Positions 1-12,721 of a stretch of DNA of 64,000 bases are shown in pieces (the stretch's first letter is position 1; the number at the start of each line of letters is the position of its first letter). The stretch is from Mobula hypostoma (Eukaryota): assembly GCF_963921235.1 (NCBI RefSeq), contig NC_086097.1, positions 44,704,001-44,768,000 of the forward strand. Reading direction: 5' to 3'. A program made the position numbers and the translations under genes. The notes under the pieces were generated by a model. It was not told the origin of the DNA and did no database searches. It saw only the letters and a list, made by a program, of their open reading frames with translations.

Positions 1-337
1 CACATTTGGTCTGGTGGAGAGTTCCCTTCCTTTCCCTAACTTGGCTTTCTTTCAGGTTCTTCTACCGATGGGCTCGCCATTCATTTGCTCCATGTGGGTG
101 GCTCCATTCTATTCCTCCATTCTATAAACACCTATGAATTATCTTGGCATCATAAGTGTAGAATAATTATTCATTAGCTTTTTGGTGATTGAAAACCAGC
201 CCCATTGGCAAATGATATTTCAGTTAATGCCAAGCCTACCAATTCCATAGCAGTTTGAACAAATTGAATACCTTTTGGAAAAACAAATTAAAGCAAAGAC
301 AAAAATATAGGAAAGCTAGTTACAATTTTTGTAAACA

Positions 338-549
338 GGTTAATGCAATACTACTACAGCAATAGCAACCTGAATTCAATTCATGTCACTGTCTGTAAGG
401 AGTTTGTAGCTTCTCTCCTTGAGCATGTGTGATTCCTCTCACATCCCAAAAGCATACGGGTTAGTAGGTTAATTGGTCATGTGCGTGTAATAGGGCAACG
501 CGAGTTTATTGGGCTAGAAGGGCTTGTTACTGTGTTATATCTCTAAATA
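338..549 (+). mobile_element. Degenerate tRNA-derived V-SINE/HE1-like SINE
   Basis: B-box-like 'gaattcaattc', V-domain-like core 'ctgtctgtaaggagtttgta..ctcacatcccaaa', 3' part 'gggctagaagggcttgttactgtgttatatctctaaat'. Confidence 0.7.
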
Positions 550-1669
550 GGAAAAAAATATGAGATCATTAAGTCAGCAAAGGAAACTCAATTCAGATGT
601 GACATGAAATACTGAAATAAACTTGAGGTAAAGAGATTTGGCAATTAATGAGATTCGGACTGATATGCAATCAAAAAGCTCATAAGATCAAGGAGGAATG
701 CAGATGTATCAGTAAACTCGAAGCATTGGGGGTTCATTGGCTGTAAACCTATCTTTGAATGAATAGGATGACAGTAAAAAAAAACCCAATCTGACCATAA
801 TATGTGTTATCTATTTGTGTCATAGAATTGTTTTCTCAACGGGTTTTGCTTGAGATGAGGGAGAGATTTCCTACATATATTTATTATACAATTCTTCAAT
901 ACATTTTTAACCATATGCAGTGCGAATTCATCATATCATAAAGCATTTTTATCCAATCAATTATTGGAATATGGACCTTCAGATGAAATGAGATCAAAGT
1001 TTAGTGAATTGATTCATAGACTCAACATGAACTAGTTTTAAAATAGATTTGCACGAGAGGAATTTCAGTATAATTAATAGGTCAAGTATTATTTAAATTC
1101 TAATTAGCTTTCAGAAATACTTGTAAGAATGTGATCAATTCCATTTTTCCCTTTCTCTATCCTTGGGTTTATTCTGTTTAAATTTTCCTATTTCTCATTA
1201 ATTTCCCAATTTTTGTAAGTTCTTCAAAGTAATTGTGTGGTGTTCTGCTATTTTTAGTTGTATTTTTGATTTCCAGCATATTTATGTTTTATTCTACATA
1301 GGTTGGACAACTATTTATTTCCTAATTTTGCTTAAATAGATGCTGCTTTTCTATCACTAGTGTGCAAACTGATCTGTCAGAAAGTCGGTTTGATTTCATT
1401 AAATTTTAATGTTCTTTTGTCACTTTTTGTAATTGAGTCATTTCTACAGTCCACCTTGTAATTACATTTTATAGGTTCCGTGCAGAGGTTAATTTAATGC
1501 ATGGAACAATGTAGTCATTTATTCACTGAAACCTTTCCTCATTTGGAACTCTTAGTAGTTTTGTCGGTATAGCTCTTGTTCAGTCTTAATTGATACACTC
1601 TTGTCGCAGAAAACAAAGAGTATAGAGGCAATCATATGATTGTAGCGACTTCTAGGATGTTTTGCCCTT

Positions 1670-2995
1670 ATGCTATCACCCTTCAGCCATCCGGCTCCTG
1701 AACCAGTGTAAACCACTTGAATGGTTTACTCACCTCAACACCGAAGTCATTCCGCAGCCTATGGACTCACTTTCAAGGCCTCTACATCTTACGTTCTCTG
1801 GTTGTTTATTTATTAATTATTATTGGGTTTCTTTGTATTTGCATAGATTGTCTTCTTTTGCTCATTGGTTGCTTGTCAGTCTTTGTGTGTAGTTTTTCAT
1901 TGATTCTATTGCAAACATCCCACACTGCAAAAACTCATTTCAGGGAGATAGCACCACCACCCTCGCCCCCCCACAACCCCATATCCATCCCCCACCCCGG
2001 TCAACCTCCAAGGGTGTATGTATACAGGACATTTGATTATGAAAGAACACAACAATTTATTTGATCACATATTGAAACTATTTACATATATATATTTTTT
2101 CCCCCTTGTTGCGTATTTTGTTGGCAGTCTCAATGATAATGCAAATAGCTTTTCCATTTCTTTTGCAAAATTTCCTTGTACTGTGATGTGGCTTGCTTGG
2201 CAGATTTGAGCATTTTGCCGGAAGTTTCAACCTCATAGCAGTCTGTGTCAATGAATTTGTTAATTTTGCAAGACATCAGATTCACAAGATTCACAATTAT
2301 ATTATATAATATTATCATGGAGTCATTTTTTTATTCTATTATAACGTTAAGCAAGTCTACAGGGAGTTTGGCCTCATCACGTAGGACATCAATAGAGTAG
2401 CTCCTTGGCAGCTAGCCAGCTAGTTTAAATAACATTAGCGATGCTAATGAACGAATGACACCTGTTAAGCTCACCTCAACATGTCTTTTACAGTCATTTA
2501 ACCCATCATGGGCAATAGAAAAGTCACTGTTGCAAACAGTGCAGTGAGCAACACTGTCATTATTTTTGACCCCTATTAGGCAGGGGTACACTTTAGTGCA
2601 GTCTGGGGTGAAATACGTCTTATATTTTCTTTTTTTGGAACACTCTGCCATGGCGCTGCAGGACACTAAACTGAACAAATGGACAATGAAAGAGAGAAAG
2701 AGGTCGACTGTAAAGCCCGCCCACAGAGAAAACTGATAGGTCTACTTAGCACAAAGAGAGACCAATCAGAATGCCCTCTCCCTCTCCCTCTAAATCGATT
2801 TCCTGGATATCATATATAATTTGCAGGTGTCAGGGAGCCACTATCAGTGTAAGGGAGACTCCCGGAACTTCCGGGAGAGGTGGGATGTCAGCTATTGTAT
2901 TTCTTTGTTCTACTGTGAATGCCTACAAGAAAATGAATCTTGGCATGTTTATGGTAATTATATATGTACTGTGATAATAAGATTATTTTGAATCT
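1670..2995 (+). mobile_element. 3' end of Rex1/Babar-like LINE, split by the hAT-like insertion at 1912-2891
   Basis: 'cttcagccatccggctcctgaac' ORF-end motif and 'gataataa..ttgaa' tail; sequence resumes after the duplicated CTATTG. Confidence 0.6.
1912..2891 (-). mobile_element. Internally deleted hAT-like DNA transposon retaining N-terminal BED/TTF-type zinc finger and C-terminal transposase pieces
   Basis: Imperfect TIRs CAAACATCCCAC / GTGGGATGTCAG; direct repeat CTATTG at 1906-1911 and 2892-2897; minus-strand peptide MAECSKKRKYK..AHCTVCNSDFSIAHDGLNDCKRHVE followed by GTGAG donor; C-terminal-like LMSCKINK..CYEVETSGKMLKSAKQAT at ~2130-2280. Confidence 0.8.
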
Positions 2996-3213
2996 TACAC
3001 AAAACAATTTTTCTCATCAGTGATAAATGGGTTCCTTCCACTTAGACATGTAGATTGCTTATATGATCAATCGGTATAATACAATACAGCAATAATTTAA
3101 AAACAACTATTTAATTTGCTGTGCATTGTTAGTTCAATGATTTTCCCATGATTGAACTGCAACAATATACAAACATTGAATTTCCATGTATTTATTAAGA
3201 GTGTGGTAATATA

Positions 3214-6200
3214 ATCTACTGTGCAAAAATATTAGGTACATGTTTTAAAAAATCTGCAAAACAAAGATGCTTTCAACAATAATTAAATATCAAAAAATTA
3301 CTATAGAGAGCAGTAAACAGTTTTTTTTAAAAAAATCAATATTTGGTGTGAACATTCTTTGCTTTTTAAAACTGCATCAATTCTCTTAGGTGCACTGTCG
3401 TGCAGTTTTTAAAAAAAGTTGGCTGGTAGGTTGTCCCAAGCATCTTGGAGACCTTGCCACAGATCTTCTGTAGACTTTGGCTGTCTCGTAGAAACATAGA
3501 AACATAGAAAATAGGTGCAGGAGTAGGCCATTCAGCCCTTTCAGCCTGCACCACCATTCAGTATGATCATGGCTGATCATCCAACTCAGAACCCTGTACC
3601 TGCCTTCCCTCCATACCCCCTGATCCCTTTAGCCACAAGGGCCATATCTAACTCTTAACTATAGCCAGTGAACTGGCCTCAACTGTTTCCTGTGGCAGAG
3701 AATTCCACAGATTCACCACTCTCTGTGTGAAGAAGTTTTTCCTAATCTCGGTCCTAAAAGGCTTCCCCTCTATCCTCAAACTGTAACCCCTCGTTCTGGA
3801 CTTCCCCAACATCGGGAACAATCTTCCTGCATCTAGCCTGTCCAATCCCTTTAGAATTTTATACGTTTCAATAAGATCCCCCCTCAATCTTCTAAATTCC
3901 AGCGAGCATAAGCATAGTCGATCCAGTCTTTCATCATATGAAAGTCCTGCCATCCCAGGAATCAATCTGGTGAACCTTCTTTGTACTCCTCTACGGCAAG
4001 AACGTCTTTCCTCAGATTAGGGGACCAAAACTGCACACAATACTCCAGGTGTGGTCTCACCAAGGCCTTGTACAACTGCAGTAGTACCTCCTTGCTCCTG
4101 TACTCGAACCCTCTTGCTATGAATGCCAGCATACCATTCGCCTTTTTCACCGCCTGCTGTACCTGCATGCCCACTTTCAATGACTGGTATACAATGACAC
4201 CCAGGTCTCATTGCACCTCCCCTTTTCCTAATCGGCCACCATTCAGATAATAATCTGTTTTCCTGTTTTTGCTACGAAAGTGAATAACCTCACATTTATC
4301 CACATTAACTTGCATCTGCCATGAATTTACCCACTCACCTAACCTATCCAAGTCACCCTGCATCCTCTGAGCATCCTCCTCACAGCTAACACTGCCGCCC
4401 AGCTTCGTGTCATCTGCAAACTTGGAGATGCTGCATTTAATTCCCTCACCTAAGTCATTAATATATATTGTAAACAACTGGGGTCCCAGCACTGAGCCTT
4501 GCGGTACCCCACTAGTCACTGCCTGCCGTTCTGAAAAGGTCCCACTTATTCCCACTGTTTGCTTCCTGTCTGCCAACCAACTCTCTATCCACATCAATAC
4601 CTTACCCCCAATACCGTGTGCTTTAAGTTTGCACACTAATCTCCTGATTGGGACCTTGTCAAAAGCCTTTTGAAAATCCAAATATACCACATCCACTGGT
4701 TCACTCTACTAGTTACATCCTCAAAAAATTCTATGAGATTCGTCAGACATGATTTTCCTTTCACAAATCCATGCTGACTTTGTCCAATGATTTCACCGCT
4801 TTCCAAATGTGCTGTTATCACATCTTTGATAACTGACTCTAGCATTTTCCCCACCACCGATGTCAGGCTCACCGGTCTATAATTCCCTGCTTTCTCTCTC
4901 CCTCCTGTTTTAAAAAGCGGGGTTACATTAGCCACCCTCCAATCCTCAGGAACTAGTCCAGAATCTAACGAGTTTTGAAAAATTATCACTAATGCATCCA
5001 CTATTTCTTGGGCTACTTCCTTAAGCACTCTGGGTTGCTGACCATCTGGCCCTGGGGATTTATCTGCCTTTAATCCCTTCAATTTACCTAACACCACTTC
5101 CCTGCTAACATGTATTTCCCTCAGTTCCTCCATCTCACTAGACCCTCGGTCCCCTACTATTTCCGGAAGATTATTTATGTCCTCCTTAGTGAAGACAGAA
5201 CCAAAGTAGTTATTCAATTGGTCTGCCATGTTCTTGTTCCCCATGATCAATTCACCTGTTTCTGACTGTAATTTGTCTTAACCAATCTTTTTCATTTCAC
5301 ATATGTATAAAAGCTTTTACAGTCAGTTTTTATGTTCCCTGCCAGTTTTCTCTCATAATCCTTTTTCCCTTTCCTAATTAAGCCCTTTGTCCTCCTCTGC
5401 TGGACTCTGAATTTCTCCCAGTCTTCAGGTGTGCCACTTTCTCTGGCTAATTTGTATGTTTCTTCTTTGGAATTGATACTATCCCTAATTTCCCTTGTCA
5501 CCCACGGATGCACTACCTTCCCTGGTTTATTCTTTTGCCAAACTGGGATGAACAATTGTCATAGTTCATCCATGCGATCTTTAAATGCTTGCCATTGCAT
5601 ATCCACAGTCAACCCTTTAAGTGTCATTTGCCAGTCTATCTTAGCTAATTCACGCCTCATACCTTCAAAGTTACCCTTCTTTAAGTTCAGAACCTTTGTT
5701 TCTGAATTAACTATGTCACTCTCCATCTTAATGAGGAATTCCACCATATTATGGTCACTCTTACCCAAGGGGCCTCTCACGACAAGATTGCTAATTAACC
5801 CTTCCTCATCGCTCAATATACCCAGTCTAGATTAGCCTGCTCTCTAGTTGGTTCCTCGATATGTTGGTTCAGAGAACCATCCCGCATACATTCCAAGAAA
5901 TCCTCTTCCTCAGCACCCTTACCAATTTGGTTCACCCAATCTATATGTAGATTGAAGTCACCCATTATAACTGCTGTTCCTTTATTGCACACATTTCTAT
6001 TTTCCTGTTTAATGCCATCCCCAACCTCACTGCTACTGTTAGGTGGCCTGTATACAACTCCCACCAGCGTTTTCTGCCCCTTAGGGTTATGCAGCTCTAC
6101 CCATATCAATTCCACATCCTCCCAGCTAATGTCCTTCCTTTCTATTGCGTTAATCTCCTTTCTAAGCAGCAATGCTACCCCACCTCCTTTTCTTTCATGT

Positions 6201-6761
6201 CTATCCCTCCTGAATATTGAACATCCCTGAATGTTGAGCTCCCATCCTTGGTCACCCTGGAGCCATGTCTCTGTATTCCCAACTATATCATATTCATTAA
6301 TAACTATCTGCACTTTCAATTCATCCACCTTGTTACGAATGCTCCTTGCATTGACACACAAAGCCTTCAGGCTTGCTTTTACAACACTCTTATCCCTTAT
6401 ACAATTATGTTGAAAAGTGGCCCTTTTTGATTCTTGCCCTGGATTTGCCGGCCTGCCACTTTTACTTTTCACCTTACTACTTTTTGCTTCTACTCTCATT
6501 TTACACCCCTCTGTCTCTCCTTGTTCCCATCTCCCTGCCACATTAGTTTAAATCCTCCTGAACAACAGTAGCAAATTCTCCCCCTAGGACATTGGTTCCA
6601 GTCCCGCCCAGGTGCAGACCGTCCTGCAGTCTCGCTTGCTTCTGTCTCTCCAGGTAATCACAGGCAGCCGTGATGATGAGATCAGTGCTCTGTGGATGCC
6701 ATACCATCTCAAAGCATATTTAAAAAAAATCTAGGGTGCCTAATTCTTTTGTACAATACTA
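3214..6761. mobile_element. Tc1-like non-autonomous element interrupted by a CR1
   Basis: Degenerate TIRs 'tactgtgcaaaaatattaggtac' and 'gtgcctaattcttttgtacaatact'; same TIR motif appears as 'tacagtactgtgcaaaagtctt' at 11471. Confidence 0.65.
3489..6628 (-). mobile_element. 5'-truncated CR1 LINE (subfamily A): end of ORF1 esterase plus disrupted ORF2 (APE endonuclease + RT)
   Basis: (TAGAAACA)n tail at 3489; ORFs with NARSIRNK, VYRPP, GDFN, SDH, QHGF, GVPQGSVLGP, FADD; DGLHL ORF1 end near 6545-6628; TSD GTCTCG at 3483-3488 and 6629-6634. Confidence 0.95.
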
Positions 6762-7409
6762 TATGACAAGGCTTTAATGATTATAGATTAATAATGAGTG
6801 ATTACTGAATTAGTTTATGGAATAAGCATGCACCAGAATATAGTGTTATTGTGGAACTTTTTGTTAAAATATTCAAAGAAGTTAGAGTTGGACAACATTA
6901 AACCAAAAAAAAGTAAGGAGGGCAAAACTGAACCATGTGCAATTTAAAAATTCAGAAAGCTAAGGTGTTCAATTCATGTTTGACCTATTCATATGATTAA
7001 AATATACTTGTAAATGTTTTTAAAACAACTATGGTAGAACTTGTAAACAAATTCACCAATATCTGATGCCAATCACTCCAAAGGTATGGAGGATGATGTG
7101 ATTCAGCCATTGGGACCAATCCTCTGATCACAAGTGGTTTGTGGATGACTAATGCTGATTACAGAGTAAAGCAGACACTTTCTGGGAGCCTTTCTTCGTT
7201 TCAATTGTCTGTGTTTAATGTTCAAGTTTGATTGTAAGCAATAGCTGCAACTCATTACACAGGTTATTCATTAAACACAGCAGAGTGTTTTGATCAGTTT
7301 GTGCAGCATTGGCTGTTGGTATTGAACACTGTCAAATTTCTGTTATTACTGAGTTGAACAATTCACCAATACATTAACTCTGCCAATCTCTGTTTCGAGA
7401 TTCCTTTTA

Positions 7410-7727
7410 TTTATTGATTGATTGATTGATTGATTGGCATGTGCCTGCATGCATGCGAGTCTGTGTGTGTGCGTGCGTACGTGATGATGCCTTTTTCATG
7501 GCTTTTTACAAGGCGCAGAGCGAGGGAGAGCGAGACTGTGTGGGCCCCACTCCTCACACAGACATTTTCACAGTATTTTTCCCTTTAGTTTACGAGGTCA
7601 AGTTGCGATCTCGACACTCAACCCAGCACGGATGGAAAGTGTACTCAGGAGCGGGCCCGACAAGTTTCGAACCCGGGAACCTCCGCTCCCAGGTCCGGCG
7701 TCAATGTGTTGCGGCACCAGCCGGCCC
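7410..7727 (-). mobile_element. Young tRNA-derived SINE with 15-bp TSD
   Basis: Perfect repeat TCGAGATTCCTTTTA at 7395-7409 and 7728-7742; minus-strand head GGGCCGGCTGGTG..GGTTCGAAAC (B box); (AATC)n tail; CpG-rich. Confidence 0.9.
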
Positions 7728-9457
7728 TCGAGATTCCTTTTAAAATTTAAAATTAAAGTCTTTATGTTCTTTCTGGATCTTGATATGGCAAGCAATATTG
7801 CTAAATCCTAATAGCCTCTGAACTGATATGCTTGTGATTTCATAGGGCATTTAAAGTTCAGCCAGTTGGTGGATCTGGAGACACATGTTGGACAGACCAG
7901 ATAAGAGCAGCAGATTTCTCCCAGCATTCCCAATTTCCCACCATAGACCATTGGAACAAAATCCTGAAACAAATTAAAGGGGCTTGCAGCTCTGAAGTGT
8001 TCAGAATGTACGTTCTGGGTATTACATTAAGCCTCACAAATTGTCACCTGGAATAACGTAAAGTTGCAATCGTTAGCCACTTCAATTTACTGCATGAGAT
8101 CTCAATGGAGTTTAGCCAAATCTACTGTTAGTAAGTCCTGGCAAGCATCAGTGAGAATGAAGGGTAAAACTCCACATTGGCGTTGGACACAAAACATCGC
8201 TGAGGGAGCTTCACAATGACCATTCCTTAATCATAATGTTACAGTTGGGAGTGTCCACTAACAAATCCACTCTGTTCATTTCTATTCTCAGCTCTACAGA
8301 TAATGTATTTTCTTTCTGCATAGAGCAGGTCCTGGACATCATTCAGGCACAGACTGGTAAATAATAAGTAATTTTTATGCAACTGAGTGGCTGGGCAAAA
8401 AATTCAACCCATCTTCATCTTTCCTGGGCATTTAATGATATTTTCATTACCTAGTCTTTCTTCATCAATCTCCTCAAGATCACCATTGTTCAAAAACTTA
8501 ACTGGGCTAATTATATAAATAATATGGCTAAAAGGGCAGCTCTGCATTTTGCAGTGTGTCGGTTACTTCCATTTCCCTGGTCAAGTGTAGGTCCAATATG
8601 ATTGGGGGGAGAAGGACACCACCCAGGATGGATCAGTCCATTCTTTAGCATTTCATCTACCACCTTGAACGTTGACTATTTCCACCACTGGCAGCACTTA
8701 GTCACAGTAACCTACCAAGTCTTCTTTATATATTTTTATTTAGACCTACAGCACAGTAACAGGCCCTGCCATCCCAATGAGCCCGTCTTGCCCAATTACA
8801 CCCATATGACCAATTACCTACTAATCCACAGATCTTTGGAATTCTTCAGTGGCATTTCCCAAATCCGTGAATTCCAATGCAGTGAAGAGAGAAAACACAG
8901 TTTACAATGTACTGTCAATAATAGTATGAAATGCTTTTGATGGGGCTGTGAATACTGAACGGATGGGATACATCTTTTGTTAGCTGGAGCATGTAAGTAC
9001 ACTCTCTCCCCGTTGCATACAATGTACTGCTTTATTATTGTCCTATCTACCAAGTGAAAAGCTTGTCTTGCATACTGTTCATACAGAACAAATCATCATA
9101 CAGTGGATAGAGGTAGAACAAGGTAACATAATAACAATTCAAAATAAAGTGTGAAAAGCAACATAAAAAGTGAACATAGAAAGTAAACAAAGTGCAAGAT
9201 CATAATGAAATAGATTATGAGGTCAAAAGTCCATTTTACCATACAAGAGGCTTGTTCAACTGCCTGATGACAGTGGGATAGAAGATGTGATTTCTAATAG
9301 TTATAAAATTTAGAGTTTGGTGCAATTCTTATATTCTTAGATGACTGCAATTTTCTGTATGGAAGAGATGAATGCTACACCCCTCATCCACCCCAAGCCT
9401 AATCAATATGCTTATTTGATAGTGATGTGGAGGCCCAAAACACTCCAGATGCAGACA

Positions 9458-9713
9458 TTTATTTATTGGGATGCAGGGCAGATTAGACCCTTCTGGCCTT
9501 TCGAGCCACGCTGCCCCGCAATCCCCCAATTTAATCCAATCTTAATCTCGGCACAATTTACAACGACCAATTCACCTACCAACCAGTACGACTTTGGGCC
9601 ATGGGAGGAAACCCACGCGGTCATGGGGAGAACATACAAACTCCTTACAGGCAGTGACGGGAATTGAACCCTGGTCGCTGATACTGTAAAGCATTTTGCT
9701 AACCACTACGCTA
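9458..9713 (-). mobile_element. V-SINE/HE1-like SINE
   Basis: Minus strand TAGCGTAGTGGTTAGC (A box), GGTTCAATTCCC (B box), 'ctgtaaggagtttgtatgttctcccc' core, (AAAT)n tail. Confidence 0.85.
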
Positions 9714-10524
9714 CAAAATTGGCGATCTGGAGCCAAAAAAACACAAACTACTGGAGGAACTCAGTGGGTTGAGCAGCGTCTGTGAAAGCAAAGGGTGATC
9801 AATATTGCTGTTTGGCCTGTTATATTCCTCCAGATATTTTATGATTTTTGCCTGTTTAATAACAGCAGGATTATCTCACCAAATAGATGAAATAAAGGAA
9901 ATGGGCCGGTTTCATTCTACTGAGACTCTTCAAAGTATTGACAGCAAATCATTTTGGTGAAGGAGTTTCCATTAATGCTTTACTTAATCAAAATTATATA
10001 ATATGCTAATAGTAGATCTATAAAAGGTCCAGGGCAAGTCCGAGCCTACCAGATCCGGTAGGACAAATGGCAGTCAGGTTTATTTATCTTGGACTATAAA
10101 ACAAAACATTTGTTCAACTTAAAGGACCTACTGATTGTACAGTACTGATTAAGCTCTTTTCTGCAATTTTCTAGTTACCTTTGGCCAAACTTAATGTGCA
10201 TTTAATATAATGTGCATATATTTTCATGACAATCTCTCAGCATTTTGCCTTTCCCATAACATGGGTGATGATTAATTCAAATATGTCCTTGTTAGACTAG
10301 CTATTCTTCCATTACTGACTCATTCTTTACATCTACTGACTTTGCGTTCTAATTCTTGTGAACCTTTAAACGTTGTTCTCATGAAAGTGTAAAGAACATC
10401 TTTTGATGCCCTTTACTGTTGCTTGATTGCTTGACCCAATAAATAACATGACTCACATTTATGTTTTACTTATTGTCCCTCTCATTAACTTTTTTATCTG
10501 GTTCTCTTACCTTTTATTGACCTT

Positions 10525-11900
10525 TGAAGTCAAAGTCCAGTTAATTGTGATATGCACAGCTCCAGTGTAAGGCTTACCTATGGTAGCATCACAGGCACAC
10601 AATATCATATAAACAGCGATCATAAGAAAAGCATAAATTAAATATAAATAATACACAAATTTGTACAGGAGAAGCACACAATCAGAACCAAAAAAGGTCC
10701 AATTTAGTTCGAAGTGATCAGAATGTGATGATGTTCATAAACTTCAGTGGTGAGTAGGGTTTTGTTGGTTGGTCAAGAACTGAATGGTAGAAAGGAAGTG
10801 GTTTCTTGAGCCTATGGTGTAGGACTTCAGGCTTCTGTACCTCCTGCTGAAAAAAGATGGCAGGGCCCAGATGGTGGAGATCTTTGAATGTACCTTTTTG
10901 AGCCAGTTGTTCCTACAGATACTCCATGCCCTCTTCTCATTACTACCATCAGGGAGGAGATACAGGATCCTGAAGGCATATACTCGGCGTTTTAGAAACA
11001 GATGCACCCCATTGCCATTAGATTTCTCAACAGTCCTTAGGGTTCCACACCTTGCTGTATTTGTGAATGTGGAGTGGAGAGCGAGCTTGTAAATCAGGTG
11101 GGAGCAAAGGACCTTGGGAATGGCGAGGATAGAGCACCATGGGAGGAGTGTGAGACAGATGGCAGAGAAGGAGTGCCAGGGAAGAGGGGGGTTAGTGGGG
11201 TGGCATGGGTGCAGACACACCCAGCCCTGAGACACCAGGCAAGGTTATTTGGTTCTAATCAATTGGTTTATTGATCATTACAGAAAATCTCTCTGGTACT
11301 TTTTGCTCTCTTCCGTCTCCCCTTTTCCCAACCATAATTCCCTCTCCCTGCTACCTTCCCACTCTCAGTCCACATTAGACACCCATATCAGAATTAGGTT
11401 TATCATCACTCACATAGGTCATAAAATTAGGTTTTTTGCGAGAGCATTACAGTGCAAAGCATAAAATTACTACAGTACTGTGCAAAAGTCTTATTATTTT
11501 AATAATTATATATAGTAATTATTGTATATTGTACTTACTGTTGCCACAAAACAAATTTCATGACATACAAAATGTCAGTGATAACAAATTTGATTCTGAT
11601 ATTACTGATAGTTTAAAGTAAATTCATTATCAAAGTATTTATACCATATATAACCATAAAATTCATCTTCTTGCAGGCACCCACAAAACAAAGAAACACA
11701 ATAGAATTCACAAAAAACACACAGCAAAGACAGACAAGCACCTAATGGTAGGATGGGATGTACCGGTGATGTACTGGAGCATCTTGTTTTCCTCTGCAAA
11801 CAAACTGCTGTACCATCAGGTTACATTCAACAGTATGTTTGTCAACAGTTATTAGTGTTTATTGACAAGCTCAACCTCCTAAGAAAATAAAGACACTGGC
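10525..11900. repeat. Cluster of Rex1/Babar-like 3' fragments in both orientations
   Basis: HALFSLLPSGRRYR motif at ~10925-11000 (+), antisense copies, and 'gataataaa/tctgatt'-type tails. Confidence 0.6.
11068..11374 (-). repeat. Possible solo LTR or MITE
   Basis: Begins TGTGGA and ends TCCACA; AATAAA on the minus strand; no TSD found. Confidence 0.35.
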
Positions 11901-12721
11901 ACACCTTTCTTATCAGAAGTGAAAATATGTCATGTATCCCTTCAAGCTAGCTCTATCATTCAATAAGATTATAGTTCATCCTAGGAATCATATTCATGTT
12001 TCATCCAGTCACCTTCTCTTCTGCTCTCCTAGTGTTCAAAATCTATCATCTTCAGCCCTAGGTGAAATGTGTCACTGAGCATTCCCTGACTTAACAATTC
12101 CAAAGATCTATAAACTCTCTGCATGAAAAGAATTCTCATCACCTTTATCATTTATGGCCAACACTTACTTCTAGATTCTCCAACTAAAGAAAACAAACAC
12201 TTGACATCTACTCTTGCCAGTGCTTTCCAGAATCGTGTCCTAATGAGGTAACCCCTTATTTTGAATTCTAGTAAGTATAGGCCAAACTTCATTTGTTCTA
12301 CATCTAACGAAGCAATTTTACACTAATATTAAGGCCCAGATATCTTCTTCTAGTCAGGAAACCAAAATTTTTCACAATTTGTAGTCTCTCTAAAGGTCTG
12401 ATTGAGATCATGCTGGTCTTATTTGTATCTGGGCTTACATGTAAAAGTGCTTTAAAAGAAACCTTGACTAATTTTACCCAGAATATTCCACTTCGACATT
12501 TCTTTTGGCCCGACTCCATACAACTGTAATAGCTGCATCTCAGTATATGTTTTGTTGGTCTGTTTCTCAAGCAACACATTGTTAGCTATTTCATCATTTT
12601 GCTTTATAAGATTGATCATGTTATTAACTGAGTATTAATTCTTAATCACCTGCAACAACACAATTCAGTAGGTTTGTTCTAAAAGCAACTTACAGGAAAA
12701 GTGGTCAACAGCTCGACATTA

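Noticed and set aside
1717..2209. Hydrophobic ORFs resembling membrane peptides
   Set aside because: They read through a T-rich LINE 3' UTR and a transposon end; no splice or homology support
3981..6430. Multiple + strand ORFs (also similar antisense ORFs at 41352-42129, 43460-44023, 45886-46950)
   Set aside because: Antisense shadows of CR1 ORF2
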